NCBI GenBank assembly: GCA_900617105.1
Contig: UYFQ01000645.1
Location: 1 to 64,000, forward strand
DNA from: Hydrurus foetidus
Taxonomy: Eukaryota
Direction of reading: 5' to 3'
DNA: 64,000 nt
Shown here piece after piece: positions 14,979 to 27,163 of this stretch. The first letter of the stretch is position 1; every line of letters begins with the position of its first letter. The notes beneath the pieces are model-generated. The model saw nothing but the letters and a program-made list of their open reading frames with translations. It ran no database searches and was not told where the DNA came from. Both the position numbers and the translations under genes were made by a program.

Positions 14979-17900
14979 ATGTCCGGACGCGGACTTGAAC
15001 ACGATCAGAGAAATCGTCTACGGCGAGGAGGCAGAGGCCACGGCAGAGGACCACCTCAAATCGCCCGCGAGGCTCCAAAGCCGGAGCCGAAATTTAAGGG
15101 AAGTAATCCGGAACTTCCTTCCCTAAATTATGGTGCCTCACCAAAGGAGAATAGGCCCATCGAATTTTTGCAGCTCTTCGGTGAGCACTGCGCAATAAAC
15201 TACAAGTCTTGCATTGCGCAAGCTTTTTGGACGTCACCTCCGGCATACGGAGATGTGGAAGAAGAGCCAACCATGCCCGAAACAATCCCAAGCACAAACG
15301 TCGGAAAAGCAATATTGGCTGAATTTACAAATGACAGAAAGGAATGGAAACTAGAATCGAAGAAAATCGCTGAGCATAAAAGATCTGTATTCGCCCTCGT
15401 CTACGCCCAACTGAGCGAGTCGTCAAGGACGGAGGTTAAAGACGATGAGGACTGGGAGCAGAGCTTCATTGACCGTGACCTACTATACCTCATTCAAAGA
15501 ATTAAGGCGACTCACATTGCGCGTCAAAGCGGTAACCCCGGCCAAGACATGGAGAGAGTACGGACCGCTTGGGCACTTATGAGAATGACCCCGTACGAAA
15601 CAAGCTTCACTTTCAGGAAAAGAGTCGAGGACTACCAACTTGAAAGAACATCGGTCGGCCTACCAATAATCCCCGATGATGAGCTTGCCATCGGGATCCT
15701 AAACCGATTGGACATGTCTCGCTACTCATCACTGGCCAGAGATTACTTAGACAATGAGCGCAGAGGCATTTTCCGAGCTACCCGAACTTCCTTCTACATT
15801 GTGGAAAGAGATTAAGGATACCCAAATCGTACGTTTCAGGGGTATCCAGAACGCTCAACTTCACGGAGTGTATTTGTCCAGAGCTGATGATGTAGCAGAA
15901 AAAGGACCAGCTCGTGGTAAAGGTCGTTGTGAACATGGTGGTCGCGGCGGTAGAGGTGGAGGACGAGGTGGAAGAGGCGGTGGAAGAGGTCGCGGAAAAG
16001 ATTTTCCTTACCGCCCTGCGACAACACCTTCTGCACCTATCAAGCCAGCTGATATCATTTGTTGGACATGCGGCTTGAAAGGTCATAGGTCCACAAACTG
16101 CCCCAATAAACCACTTAAGTCCTCAGAATCTCTAGCTGAGAGCAATATTTTCCTGACCACGGTGACCAATTTCACTCCAAACGCTGAAGGCGATTACGAT
16201 TATGATGCATCTCATCCAGATGCCTCAGACACCCAACTGTTCTTGACATCTCGATCCCCGCAAACTAAACACTCCATACTTTTGGACACTCAATCCGCCA
16301 TACACCTTGTGTCCGACCGCGACTTGCTCATTGGAATTAACTCAACCTATCTCAGCACAAGGCATCACTGGTGATAAAATCACAGTTGTCTTTGAAGGAT
16401 TGATCAACAAGTTAGGCATTAAGGCCTATCATAGCACCAAGGTCGCCGCAATTCATTTTGAGCTACCACAAGCTCCAGGAGTCTCACTCCGTCACATACT
16501 GCGAGCACGATGATACCTTCGTAGCCATTCCGTTTCTAATTGGACCACACCTTAATTTTACTTGTGTCAATGGCCACTATACACTCGACATGAGTACAGT
16601 AGTTCAAGTGTATATGACAGCTCGAATCTCAAAGCCATGAAATACACCAAACGCCAGTTGCAGACGCCAGCGCAGCCTACGATTTCATAGTTCGAATGGG
16701 ATTCATTAGCTACAAAGCAGCTGCAGAAGTTGTCCAACGAGGCAGCATTACCAACCTTGGTTTCACAAGAGCAGACCTTGTCAACGCTCAAGATATCTAC
16801 GGCACCCCTGCCGCATACCAACTTGGCCAAGGTACAAACAAAACACTCAATCAATCTCAGGAGACCTTATTCCATTCATGAGTCAGTCAATCAAGAGCTC
16901 CAAGTCGACTGTTTTACTTCCTTGGGAATGTTTTCTTCCTGAGTATTTCTGTGCTGATTGGACTAATCATGATCACACATCTTGGTTCCGGCATCGAACG
17001 TAACAAAGACAAAGCTGCTACTGACAAAGGTGATGGATTTCGTTCCAAAGCAGGACAAGCTTTACTCCAACACATTCAGCAATACCAAAATAAGGGCTTC
17101 TCCATCACACGTGTCACCACAGATGGTGAGTCATCCATCACAGCTACTCGACCACACATTGAAGCCCTTGGAGTAGACCTCAATGTTCTAGGTCATGGAT
17201 CGCATACCCCACATGCTGAGTCGGCAATAAGGCATGTGAAGAACAAAGCACGTTCTACTATGCATAGCTTGCCCTACATCCTTCCAGGAAAGCTAGCAGT
17301 TGCTCTTATCGGTTTTGTCGTTCACACGATCAATATGGTCCCTAAAATCAATTCCCCTGGTCATCTCACTGCTCATACAGCGTTCCTAGGCCGTATACCC
17401 AATTTCAACCGAGATGCTCCCTACTCCTTCGGTACTACAGGATTCCTTCAACGTGCGCATCATCCTCAGTATAACGCAGTATCTCCACGTGCTGACTATT
17501 GTATTTGGATTGGGACCACGCACAATCTCGCTGGAACACACCGATGCTTTAACCTAGATACTTTACGCGAAGTCAGAGGGGATGTCTTTCGTCCAACACA
17601 CATCACCCCTGCTGCTATCGCACGCCTGACTACTCTCGCGGGAGCTGGACCACCATCACAAGATAACACACACTCGCATCCTCAAGAGCCTCTACTTGAA
17701 AATCCAAATGCATCTTATCCACTGCCTCCAGATCGAGGGGTAGACTCCGACGTTCCTGAAGTCAGTGATGACATATCAGCCGATATTATCATGGCAAACG
17801 AACTGGACTCAGAGGACAATATGCTAACACTACCACTTGAGACTCCTACTACTGTCGACCACACAGTAGAGGGTTCTCAGCCAACACTCGACATACCCGC

Positions 17901-19640
17901 ACTATCAACAACTGTCGAGGTTAACGCATCCGAAGATGAAGAGCAATATTTTCCACTCCAAGAAGTAGCTCGTTCACAGGCCGCCGAATTAGTTAACATT
18001 CGAAACTCCAACCGATATGAGTTGCGTCCTTCAACACAAATCAAACATGTGTACTCAACACTATCCATCAAAGCTGCAAGAAAATTATATGGAGAAGAGT
18101 TGTCAGACAAAGCTACTAGAGATGAGCTCATGACTTGCATCCAGAAAGATGTGTGGGAATGTCTTGACCCAACTTACGTTACAAAGAACGCCATCCCTTC
18201 AAAAATGTTCCTCACGCCCAAGTCGCTCCCTAGTGGCAAGTTGGATAGAGTTAAAGGCAGGATAGTGGTGGGTGGACACAGACAAGACAAATCACTGTAC
18301 GAAGACAAAGAAATCTCATCTCCTACAGTCGCAATGACCTCAGTCCTAATCACAGCCGCACTTGCAGCCAAAGAAGGCAGACATGTGATGACACTTGATC
18401 ACAAAGCCGCATATTTGAATGCGGGTATGAAGGGACCACCAGTGGAAATGCTGATATCCCCTGAAGTCGCTGAGATCCTCTGTGACATCGACCCAAAGTA
18501 CCGAACTTTCTGAAGAGCAGACAAGAAAATTGCAGTCAGACTCAAGAAAGCGTTGTATGGATGTGTCCAAAGTGCCATGCTGTGGTACGAAGAACTTACA
18601 TCAACGCTCGAGCAGATGGGATTCATTCGGAATCCATATGACGCATGCTCGTTCTTAAGACTCCATGATGGATCACATGATCGCATCCTCGTCTACGTCG
18701 ACGACTTGTTCATCACTTCGGCTTCAGAAGAGAGACTCCAGGAAATAGCAGAAAAGTTGCAGTCCAAATACGACTCCGTCACGTACAAGACCGGAAAGCA
18801 GCACGATTTCCTCGGCATCCATTGGGATTTCTCTATCCCTGGCCAAAGCAATCTGTCAATGGATGGATATATTCAAGATATTATCACCAAGTACAATGTA
18901 ACAAAGCAGTGCAGAACACCAGCAACAGACAGACTATTTCACACAACGGCAGACAGCCCACTCCTCACCTCCTGACAAGAAAGAATTGTTCCGCTCATGC
19001 GTGATGACACTGTATTATCTCGCCAAGCGATCAAACCAGAGATCTGACCACGATTTCCTATTGTGCAACAAGGATATTAGGACCGACTGAGGAAGACGAA
19101 TCAAAACTTGACAGATTATTGTCCGACCTTCTGTTCTCTAAAGATCACAAAATGATCCTCCGAATCGGATCTGATGTCACCCTCAACTCTTTCGTTGATC
19201 TCTCCTTTGGCCTCTATGAAGACGGAAAGTCTATCACGGGAATTGCTATCAGACTCGGCGACGCTACCATCTACGTGAAATCTGGGAAGCAGAAAATTGT
19301 CACAAGATCATCAACTGAAGCAGAGTTAGTTGGAATATCTGATGCTCTATCTCAAGTATTGTGGACACGCGAGTACCTTATTTCTGCGGGAATCAACATC
19401 GGTCCCGCGATCATGTATCAAGATAATCAATCGACCATCTTTCTCGCCACCAAAGGCCGCTCTACAAGTGAAAGAAGTCGACACATTAAAATAAGATATT
19501 TTTTCGTGGCACATTACATTGAGACCAATGAGATCAGATTGGAATACCTACCTACTGGACAAATGGTCGCGGACATCCTGACTAAGCCGCTCCATGGCAC
19601 GCTTTTCAACAACTTCGCCAAGAGATTGACAGGCAATTGA
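14979..19640 (+). CDS. gag-pol: C2 Gag-Pol polyprotein, broken by multiple frameshifts
   Basis: CWTCGLKGHRSTNC knuckle; LLDTQS protease; TTDGE/AESAIR integrase; KGRIVVGGHRQ, DHKAAYLN, LYG, YVDD RT; SSTEAE, DNQS, ADILTKPL RNase H. Confidence 0.9.
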
Positions 19641-20077
19641 CCTCAACGAAGGACACGACAACTCTTACTGCAACATGGAGGTCTAATCATTTCAACTACC
19701 GGATGGGGACTCACTCAGATTCCTCTAGACAGTCAGAACACCCACGCGGAGGAAGGGAGGTGTATCACCGGTGCCGCGTGTTAGACCCATTTAGAATAAG
19801 AGCACTGCGGAGAACATTTGCAGAAGTTAGATTGGAGTGTCAATGACAATCGTGCTGGATCAGAGTTGTCGTGTCGTATCGCGTTGGCCAAGTCTGTCAC
19901 TCGTGTACTACTACTCTATCGTATCGGATTAATATATGTACTGTTTTCAACGAGACAGCTTTGAAAGAACCGGATTATCGAATAGCGCAGCGGCGCAAAT
20001 TTTTTTAAGCTACAAACGGCCAAAGCCACGAATTTGTTTTACTGAATCTTCAGAGAGTACGTCCGCATCAGGGGGTA

Positions 20078-20691
20078 TGTTCAGGATTCAAGGTATAAAC
20101 CAGCATGGTTGTATGTATTAGAGTAAATTCACTAAGATGCTACAAATTCAAAGAACCGCGTGCCACGCCTGCTGGTCTGGGGGGCTGCGGTCCAAAGGCT
20201 TTCTGAGACGGACCCCCGTTTTCCCTGCCGAATGTACGCAGAAAGGAGTCGAGTTCGAACTCGTGACAGTGTGACGACTTTTTGATTTATCCAACAGACG
20301 TTATACTTTTGAATCCTGTTTTGAATGAATGATGCGTACGACTCATGAAGCAAATGATATGAACTTCAAAACTGGTACCTAGATAGATAAAAGATGACAT
20401 GTATGGTTGTAGTCTCCTGTTCGACGATCAACGCATACTTCTTTATCTCGTAATTAAGAAGCCACACTAAGTGCAACCACCCAACCTTCAGCAAAGGAAG
20501 ATCTTCTGTCGACAGGAAAGCGCGCCTGAAGCCACAAGAACTTTCCTGCTAAAGGTACCAGCTTATATTACAGAAGGATAAAGGATAGAAGACGACTTAT
20601 TCTGAATTTGGTCCAACCTTCCCAGTTTCACCGTATCAGTGAAACGGTTGTAACCAACGAACAAGTCCACGGATTTGGAAAATCCCAATCA
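20078..20691 (+). repeat. 3' LTR of C2
   Basis: Preceded by AGGGGGTA, followed by TSD ACCAC. Confidence 0.93.
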
Positions 20692-20948
20692 ACCACCTCC
20701 ACTTGTTGGGAGGATGCCAGATGGTGGGACGCCCGCCATCAATGCAATCCAAATAATTTCAATTTTTGACCGACAAGAACTGGCGAATGTCATAATCGAC
20801 TAACTGTGAGGATCCATACGTATGAATAACCGAAAAGTTTAATGGAAACAATGTGCAGCGCGATGGTCAAAATCAAACTGCAAATCGGAGGGCGCATTTT
20901 GTGTTCTTTTTGAAGTAACCCACTTCGAGATCAGTCATTGTCAAAGTG

Positions 20949-21774
20949 ATGATCCTGAGTGAAAGGAACCACAGTAGGACTAAGTTCCTGAAAGATGGTG
21001 CGCCAACATTATCTTCCCAACATTGCACTCGCCAAAAAGTAGGTGCACAGCATTATCAACTGCACGAAGTCTTACCCGTGATACAACGAAGGGAGATTGA
21101 GCAGAAAAATTTACATCATAATGCAATTGATCCAAAGGTCATTCAAACAGTATTGCCGCTCGACGAGTTGAATTCTCTTCCAACGAGATATCCGACTGTT
21201 AGATCATGCAATTCTGCGGAAAATTCTGAACTGGCACCAATTGAGACAGCTGGCAGACTGACGGCAACAATTCTAGATAACTCAGATATGCCAACTTGCA
21301 GTCCATCTATTGAAGAACATCAGTCATTCTTCCCATCGCCCGCCCCAGTATCTCACTCTGCAAATTTTAGTAGCAGGAAGGGTAAGTTTGGATTTTCTTC
21401 TATCACATTTTACTTCGTTTTGCAAAAACAATATTCGTTAATGAAAATATGAATAAGGAATGCTTCAAATTCTGTAGTTCGATACCATAATTAGTTGCTT
21501 TCATTCTTCATGTCTATCAGATGATACAGATGTAACGTCCTTAACAGTCGGAGCCAGCGCCTTCGGTGCTCTAATAATCTTCGCAATTGTTTTCTATACG
21601 GCATGTTATTACCACAGAAAATGCAGAGGACAACGATTTCTCACCCCGGCAGTTATTGCATGTGAAATAACAGAGAACAATCAAGATCTCCCGATAGCTG
21701 TGATATACTGTCCTTCTCCAGATCTACCGAATGACACAGTTGCCACGCAGGCGCATTATACGTATCAAATATAA
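20949..21774 (+). CDS. Hypothetical single-pass membrane protein, 2 exons (about 20949-21381 and 21521-21774)
   Basis: GTAAGT donor at 21382 and CAG acceptor at 21520 join in frame; exon 2 encodes VGASAFGALIIFAIVFYTACYY followed by basic HRKCR. Confidence 0.55.
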
Positions 21775-23222
21775 CTTATTTTGATGAATTTTTCCGATGA
21801 TAGACATCTATCACGTTTCATCCGTTTAGAATTGAATATTTTCAAAAAATAGATTTAAGAAAGAAAAATAGAAGATACGAATAGATTATATATACTAGAG
21901 TATAATTTGTTGGTAGTCTATTTAAAGCTGTCCGTATATTCAGCAATTTACAGCGAACACAATCCCTTTCGCGATTCATACATCGCTTCACTTTGCTTGT
22001 GCAAAATTAGTCGGTTTTCTTTTTGTAGTTATTTATTTTCGTCTCTTTTACTTGGTGTACAATAATTTAAAGAGGCCATCATTTATAGTACAAGATTCTA
22101 CATTTTTATGAAATGGAATAGGACCGGACTGAACAATCTCTGCGACACTTTTCTTCCCGCATATTTATTATTTATACTTTCAAACATTCAATGCATTGAG
22201 TGCACTGTGTGCTGTTCGTCTACAAGATTGAAGCAACCATACTATCTACCCTCAGATACTACTCAGCACGACAAATCGAATAGTAAATCAACAAGGTCCA
22301 CTCCATATTTCTTTCTTACGGCACGGTAGTTTCCTTAACGCGAAATCGGGAAAAGAAAGATATATTTCATTTTAAAGATGGTTAATTTCATTGAATTAAA
22401 TCTTCGTGACAGAAAGAGGCATGTAGCGTACGAATTCGTTTGTTATGTGCAAGCAAAAATACGGAATGCAGTATGATAAGCGTTGAAACCGATTCATAGG
22501 ATAATAGAATACGTCTTTCCTTTTTGTATGACAACCGTTCGGAATGAAACGGTGTTGAATAGAGTAAATAAATGAATGAAACTGAAAGTTTTGAAAAAAT
22601 AGATTGGATTTTTAGAAGATGCCAAATGCAATATTGGCGATAATCTAAAAGAAAATGGAAATGATAAGAAAGTGAAATATGTTAAGATGGTGGGAGTCAT
22701 AATTGGTCAGATAAACCATCATCTGATCTTAATGTTTAAATCCTCCTGTTTCCCCTGTCTGAAATTTTCTAATAAATGTTCGGTACTATATTGTAGCACC
22801 AGCTGACGATAGTATTTCGCGATAAATGTAATTCGATGATAATAAATCGAATCAAATCAAATCAAATCAGATCAAATCGGTTGAGTGCAGTAAATCGGTG
22901 ATATAATTGCATCAAATGAAAGCAAGTTTCTTTCTTTCTTTCTTTTCTATATGATGATAGAGGTATCTCCTTGCTCTGCTATTGCACATTCCATTCGCTG
23001 AAGTATTCATCATCCCAGACGATTTATAGTGTTCAGAATATATGAATATGTCCAATATTCCCTCTCCCTAAATTCCTGTCCCTCTTTTTCCCCACTTTTT
23101 TTTTTTTTATCTTTTTTCCCCACCCTATTTTCTTTTTTTCTCTCTTTCTTTTTTTCTACACCTTTTTTTCTTTTCTTACTGTATTGCAACAATGTACGTA
23201 CACGATAATACACGTACATCCA

Positions 23223-26200
23223 CTATATATTAATGTGCGCTGAAATGGGCTTCGATAAGTTATGAAAGGACGGTGAGGCTGGATCGATGAAAATTGATGC
23301 GTCCAACTCAGGAATATTATCGTGGTCTGGTCCAATGTCAACGTCATGTGTGTAAACAGCTCTTCCCTTTCTCAGACTATTGGATTTCCAGATAACGCAG
23401 AGACAGGCGAATATTATTATAACGATAGTGGCGAAAAACGATCCTACTACAGATGCCGTTATCACTGTGACAGATGTGCCTGAATATATGTTAATATTGA
23501 GTAGAAACAAGTGAAAATATTTTTAACATGCAAGCAGTATCTTATGCAGTTATTATTGAATAATTAAACTTTTATGAACATGATGTAAACACGTAATAAT
23601 CATTTATAATTCAATTATGAAACCATCGCTATACCCCTTACAAACACACTATGTAATACAACAAAACAAAAATAGAACAAAAATAAACAGAAAAAAAGAT
23701 GATGACACTAATAGAATTAGATGCAATAAGAAGAAAATGCACTAACCTTCAACAGCACTAAAAAGCGACACCACAGATGGACTGGGATCAAATGTTGGAA
23801 ATGCTGTCGTGGGAAATAATGTCGGTATAAAAGTAGTTGGGAAGAAAGATAGCTGTAAAGTGGTTGGAGAAGCCGGGGGAGGGAGGGTTGGAAGATAAGA
23901 CGGGGAGAAAGATGGAGTTGTAGTTGGTGTGTGGGATATACTAGGCTTGACTGTTGGATATAGAGTAGGACCCATCGTTGGATTCGTCGGACTACTGGAC
24001 GGTGTGTTAGTTGGCTTGAGTGTTGTGGGGACTGATGTTGGTTTGGCAGTCGATGTAGGTGTGTATGACGGTCTTTGTGTGGGATAAGTAGATGGAGTAG
24101 AAGTGGGTTTTACTGTCGGTGTTGGTGTTGGCAATCTACTAGGTATTGAAGTGGTGGGAGAAAATGTTGGCGCTACAGCTGCACCATTTATAGCACTGCC
24201 TAATTTGACTAAAATCTGATGCATTTTCCCGTAATTTGGTGATCCTAATCCACAAGCAGGGTCCCATCCTGGTGCCGCGTAAAACCCTTGGGGGCAACAA
24301 GTGCCTCCTATCACACATTTGTTGTGACCTGAAGTAATGTCATTCATAAAAGATGCTCCGTGTGCGTAGAGAGCAGGATTAACCCATCCAACTGACCCTT
24401 TTCCTATAGCCATTCGAGCCGCATTTATATTGGAAAAAAATCCAGCAACAGCTGGGCTTGAGGCTGATGTGCCGCACACAGTTCCCGTCTGACCACCCAT
24501 ATACACCGCGTAATTCACACCAGCAAGAGATATATCCGGAAACCCACGGCCAGATACGGCATACCCGGCCACTGGGCTTTGATTGGCAGCAGCAGCTGAT
24601 GTGAAGTATGAAGAAATTGCGTTTGTTTGCCAATAGGGCATGGGGTAGTAGCCTGAGAAACCACCACCTGTGGTGATAACTCCGTCTGTGTCGCCTTGAC
24701 AGACTTTCTCAGGTTGGATTGGCTCAAGCTGTAATCCCTATGGAGGAGAGGAGAGAGGAGAGGAAAAGTGGCGAGAACAAAAGAGGAGTAAAAGTACAGA
24801 CGATGGAAGAGCAAGATAGGAAGGAGTGTATGACAATTGGAGATACTAGAATAGGGAGGGGATGTGGTAAATTTGGTAGATGAGGCAGAAAGCGGTGGGG
24901 GGGGGGGGGAGAAGGGAAAGGACAGGAGAGGAGATACAAAAAAGGGAAGATAATAAAAAAGGGAGGGAAGTAAAGTGATAAAAGATAAGATAGGAGATAA
25001 AAGGAATCAAAAACACGAAAGAGACATCATCTGTGCAGTCAAGCAAAACAATCATGAAAACTATAACAATGTCATTGCAAATAATGACTCACCGATGTTG
25101 CACCAACGGAAACGATGTAAGGGTTGGTGGCCGGCCAGGACGGACGATAGCCGCATTGAGCCGTATTATCCCGGGCATATCCGCTATTCGCTCCATCATC
25201 TCCTGAAGCAACAAATATCGTGATACCCATCACACCTAGTTTAATCGCTTGAAATGTAAAGGCGTCATGCCCGCCTGGTGATACCAAATTTTCATACGCA
25301 CCCCAACTAATGCTCAGCACTAAAGGAGGATTAACCATTTCAGCAACGAGAATCAAGAAGTACGTGAAGTCTCCCGGCACATACCAATGATAGCTAGGAG
25401 ATGCTTGAGATGTTGCCATAATGTACTGAATATCTAGATTGCTCTCACCGCACTGAGAATGATTTACTACACACACAGTGTCATTATCATGCCCATTTAT
25501 TGGAATTGCGCTTTGTATCTTCAAAGAATATTCGGTCTGCAACCGTGTCAAATCCTTAGGGCTGAAATTTTGCCCTGCTGTTGTGTAGATTGCTTGTGTT
25601 GATTTTTCGCTTCCTTGATAATTTGACATATTGTAGAAAATACGAATTTTCCTAGGACTGACTGCTTGCCAGTCGCCAGCTAAGCGAAATTTACTCTTCT
25701 CTGTTTTGGCAGTAGGTTTCTTCACCCTATGCGATCCGTCTTTACTGCTGTGCGTGATGAGCGGTGTGTCGATTGTGTTGAGAACGTGCATGACGTGTGG
25801 CCCTAGTTCCACTGGAATAGAATAGTCCTCCGCTCTAATAATTGCCTCAACTTTCCCATCGGTCTGAGTCTGATGAAAAGTGTAGAAATCAGTGTTGAAA
25901 AGTCTCTCCCAGACTGAAATCGGTGCTGTGGCAGTAATATATTCGCCGTTTATTGTCTCAGATATCGTAGTAGCTCCATTCATTTGGAGGTATGACAAGA
26001 CAATATTGCGACCTTCCGGATTAGAAGTCATTTCCACTACTTCTTTCATCGTCATGTGCTGACCATAGTTCTCGCTCTCTGGATCTGAGACGTCGTGGAG
26101 TATGCGAGTCAGCTCATCCATATTTCTTTGTTGAATCATAAACACGACTTCGTGTAGATGATCATGGTGCACACGTTGTCCTTTGAGAAGATCATCTCGG

Positions 26201-26271
26201 GAGGATATTAGCGGTATACTATCTTTGAGGATGTGTGTTTCGGCAGCATGTTTTTTGCTCGATGGCCTCAT
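23223..26271 (-). CDS. Sedolisin/tripeptidyl-peptidase-like serine protease (family S53) with P/T/S-rich stalk and C-terminal TM helix; exons about 26271-25093, 24737-23747, 23479-23223 (5' exon(s) probably further upstream)
   Basis: Prodomain (VSDPESENYGQH); GESNLD Glu/Asp; ASGDDG; SVGAT|..TGGGFS joined by a GT-AG intron; GRGFPDIS; GTSASSP catalytic Ser; GWDPACGLGSP; PT repeats; hydrophobic VVGSFFATIVIIIFACLCVIW. Confidence 0.9.
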
Positions 26272-27163
26272 TCCGGTTGATCCTGTACTTGGCTCTGATG
26301 CACTTATCTGGATTATTTGATGTGAGTCACTGATGCGATTATAGGTCTCAGAGAAAGTAGCGCATGTTGAGAACGCGCAATGAGGGTAGATGCATCTTGA
26401 TCAAATCGGCACTGCCCTCACTGAAGTCTGGTAGCCATTGTCTTCATGGTAGAAGCTCAAGTCGGTATGTCTACTTTTTGTGAGTTGACTGCAGCTCCAC
26501 CAGAGGTTGGAAGAGGTGGAGAAAGTCGGAAGTTGGAGGTGATCTGAAATTCAACGTATCTCAATCGCATGAAAATCATTCCATCCTTGAAATGAACTGG
26601 ACGTTCCACATAAAAGTCGCACCACCGGTTTCGTTTCGTCGGAAGTAGAAACGGGGAGTCAGATGGATCCTGGATCCAGATCACACCTAGAAACGAGATT
26701 CTTACCGTTGAAAATTAAATCAATTTGCCTTTTTTCTTTATTCCCTGTACTGTAGTTCTGCTGAACCAATACTGGACACTGAAAATTATAGAATTTGCTA
26801 AATATCAATTTGCCGTGATAGTAATGCACGTCAAATTATTGGCGCTGTGTACAATGTCACGAATTTGAATTCTTCAGTACTTCTGAGTGAAATAAAATAT
26901 AGACTTCGATTGTTGTCAACTAGTTGTTAATATATTTAACGAATCGATTGTAATAATTAAAGTAATATTAAATAACATCAAAACAACTTCGTTCACATCA
27001 TATCGTTTCTTTTCCTAATTCTAACTTTTTTTTATGTTCTTGTAGTAGAGCAATTATTGCGCTTCTATTTCTCGCAACCTTGAGAGCCGTCAATCCTTTC
27101 TGAAAACGCGTAAAGAATAATACAAAATAAAATGAGTACTCACGATAATTACATATCAGCGTA

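Larger units (their letters stand above)
14285..20691 (+). mobile_element. Full-length Ty1/Copia retrotransposon C2 with 5-bp TSD ACCAC
   Basis: 614-bp LTRs at 14285-14898 and 20078-20691; ACCAC at 14280-14284 and 20692-20696; short PPT AGGGGG; gag-PR-IN-RT-RH order. Confidence 0.95.
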
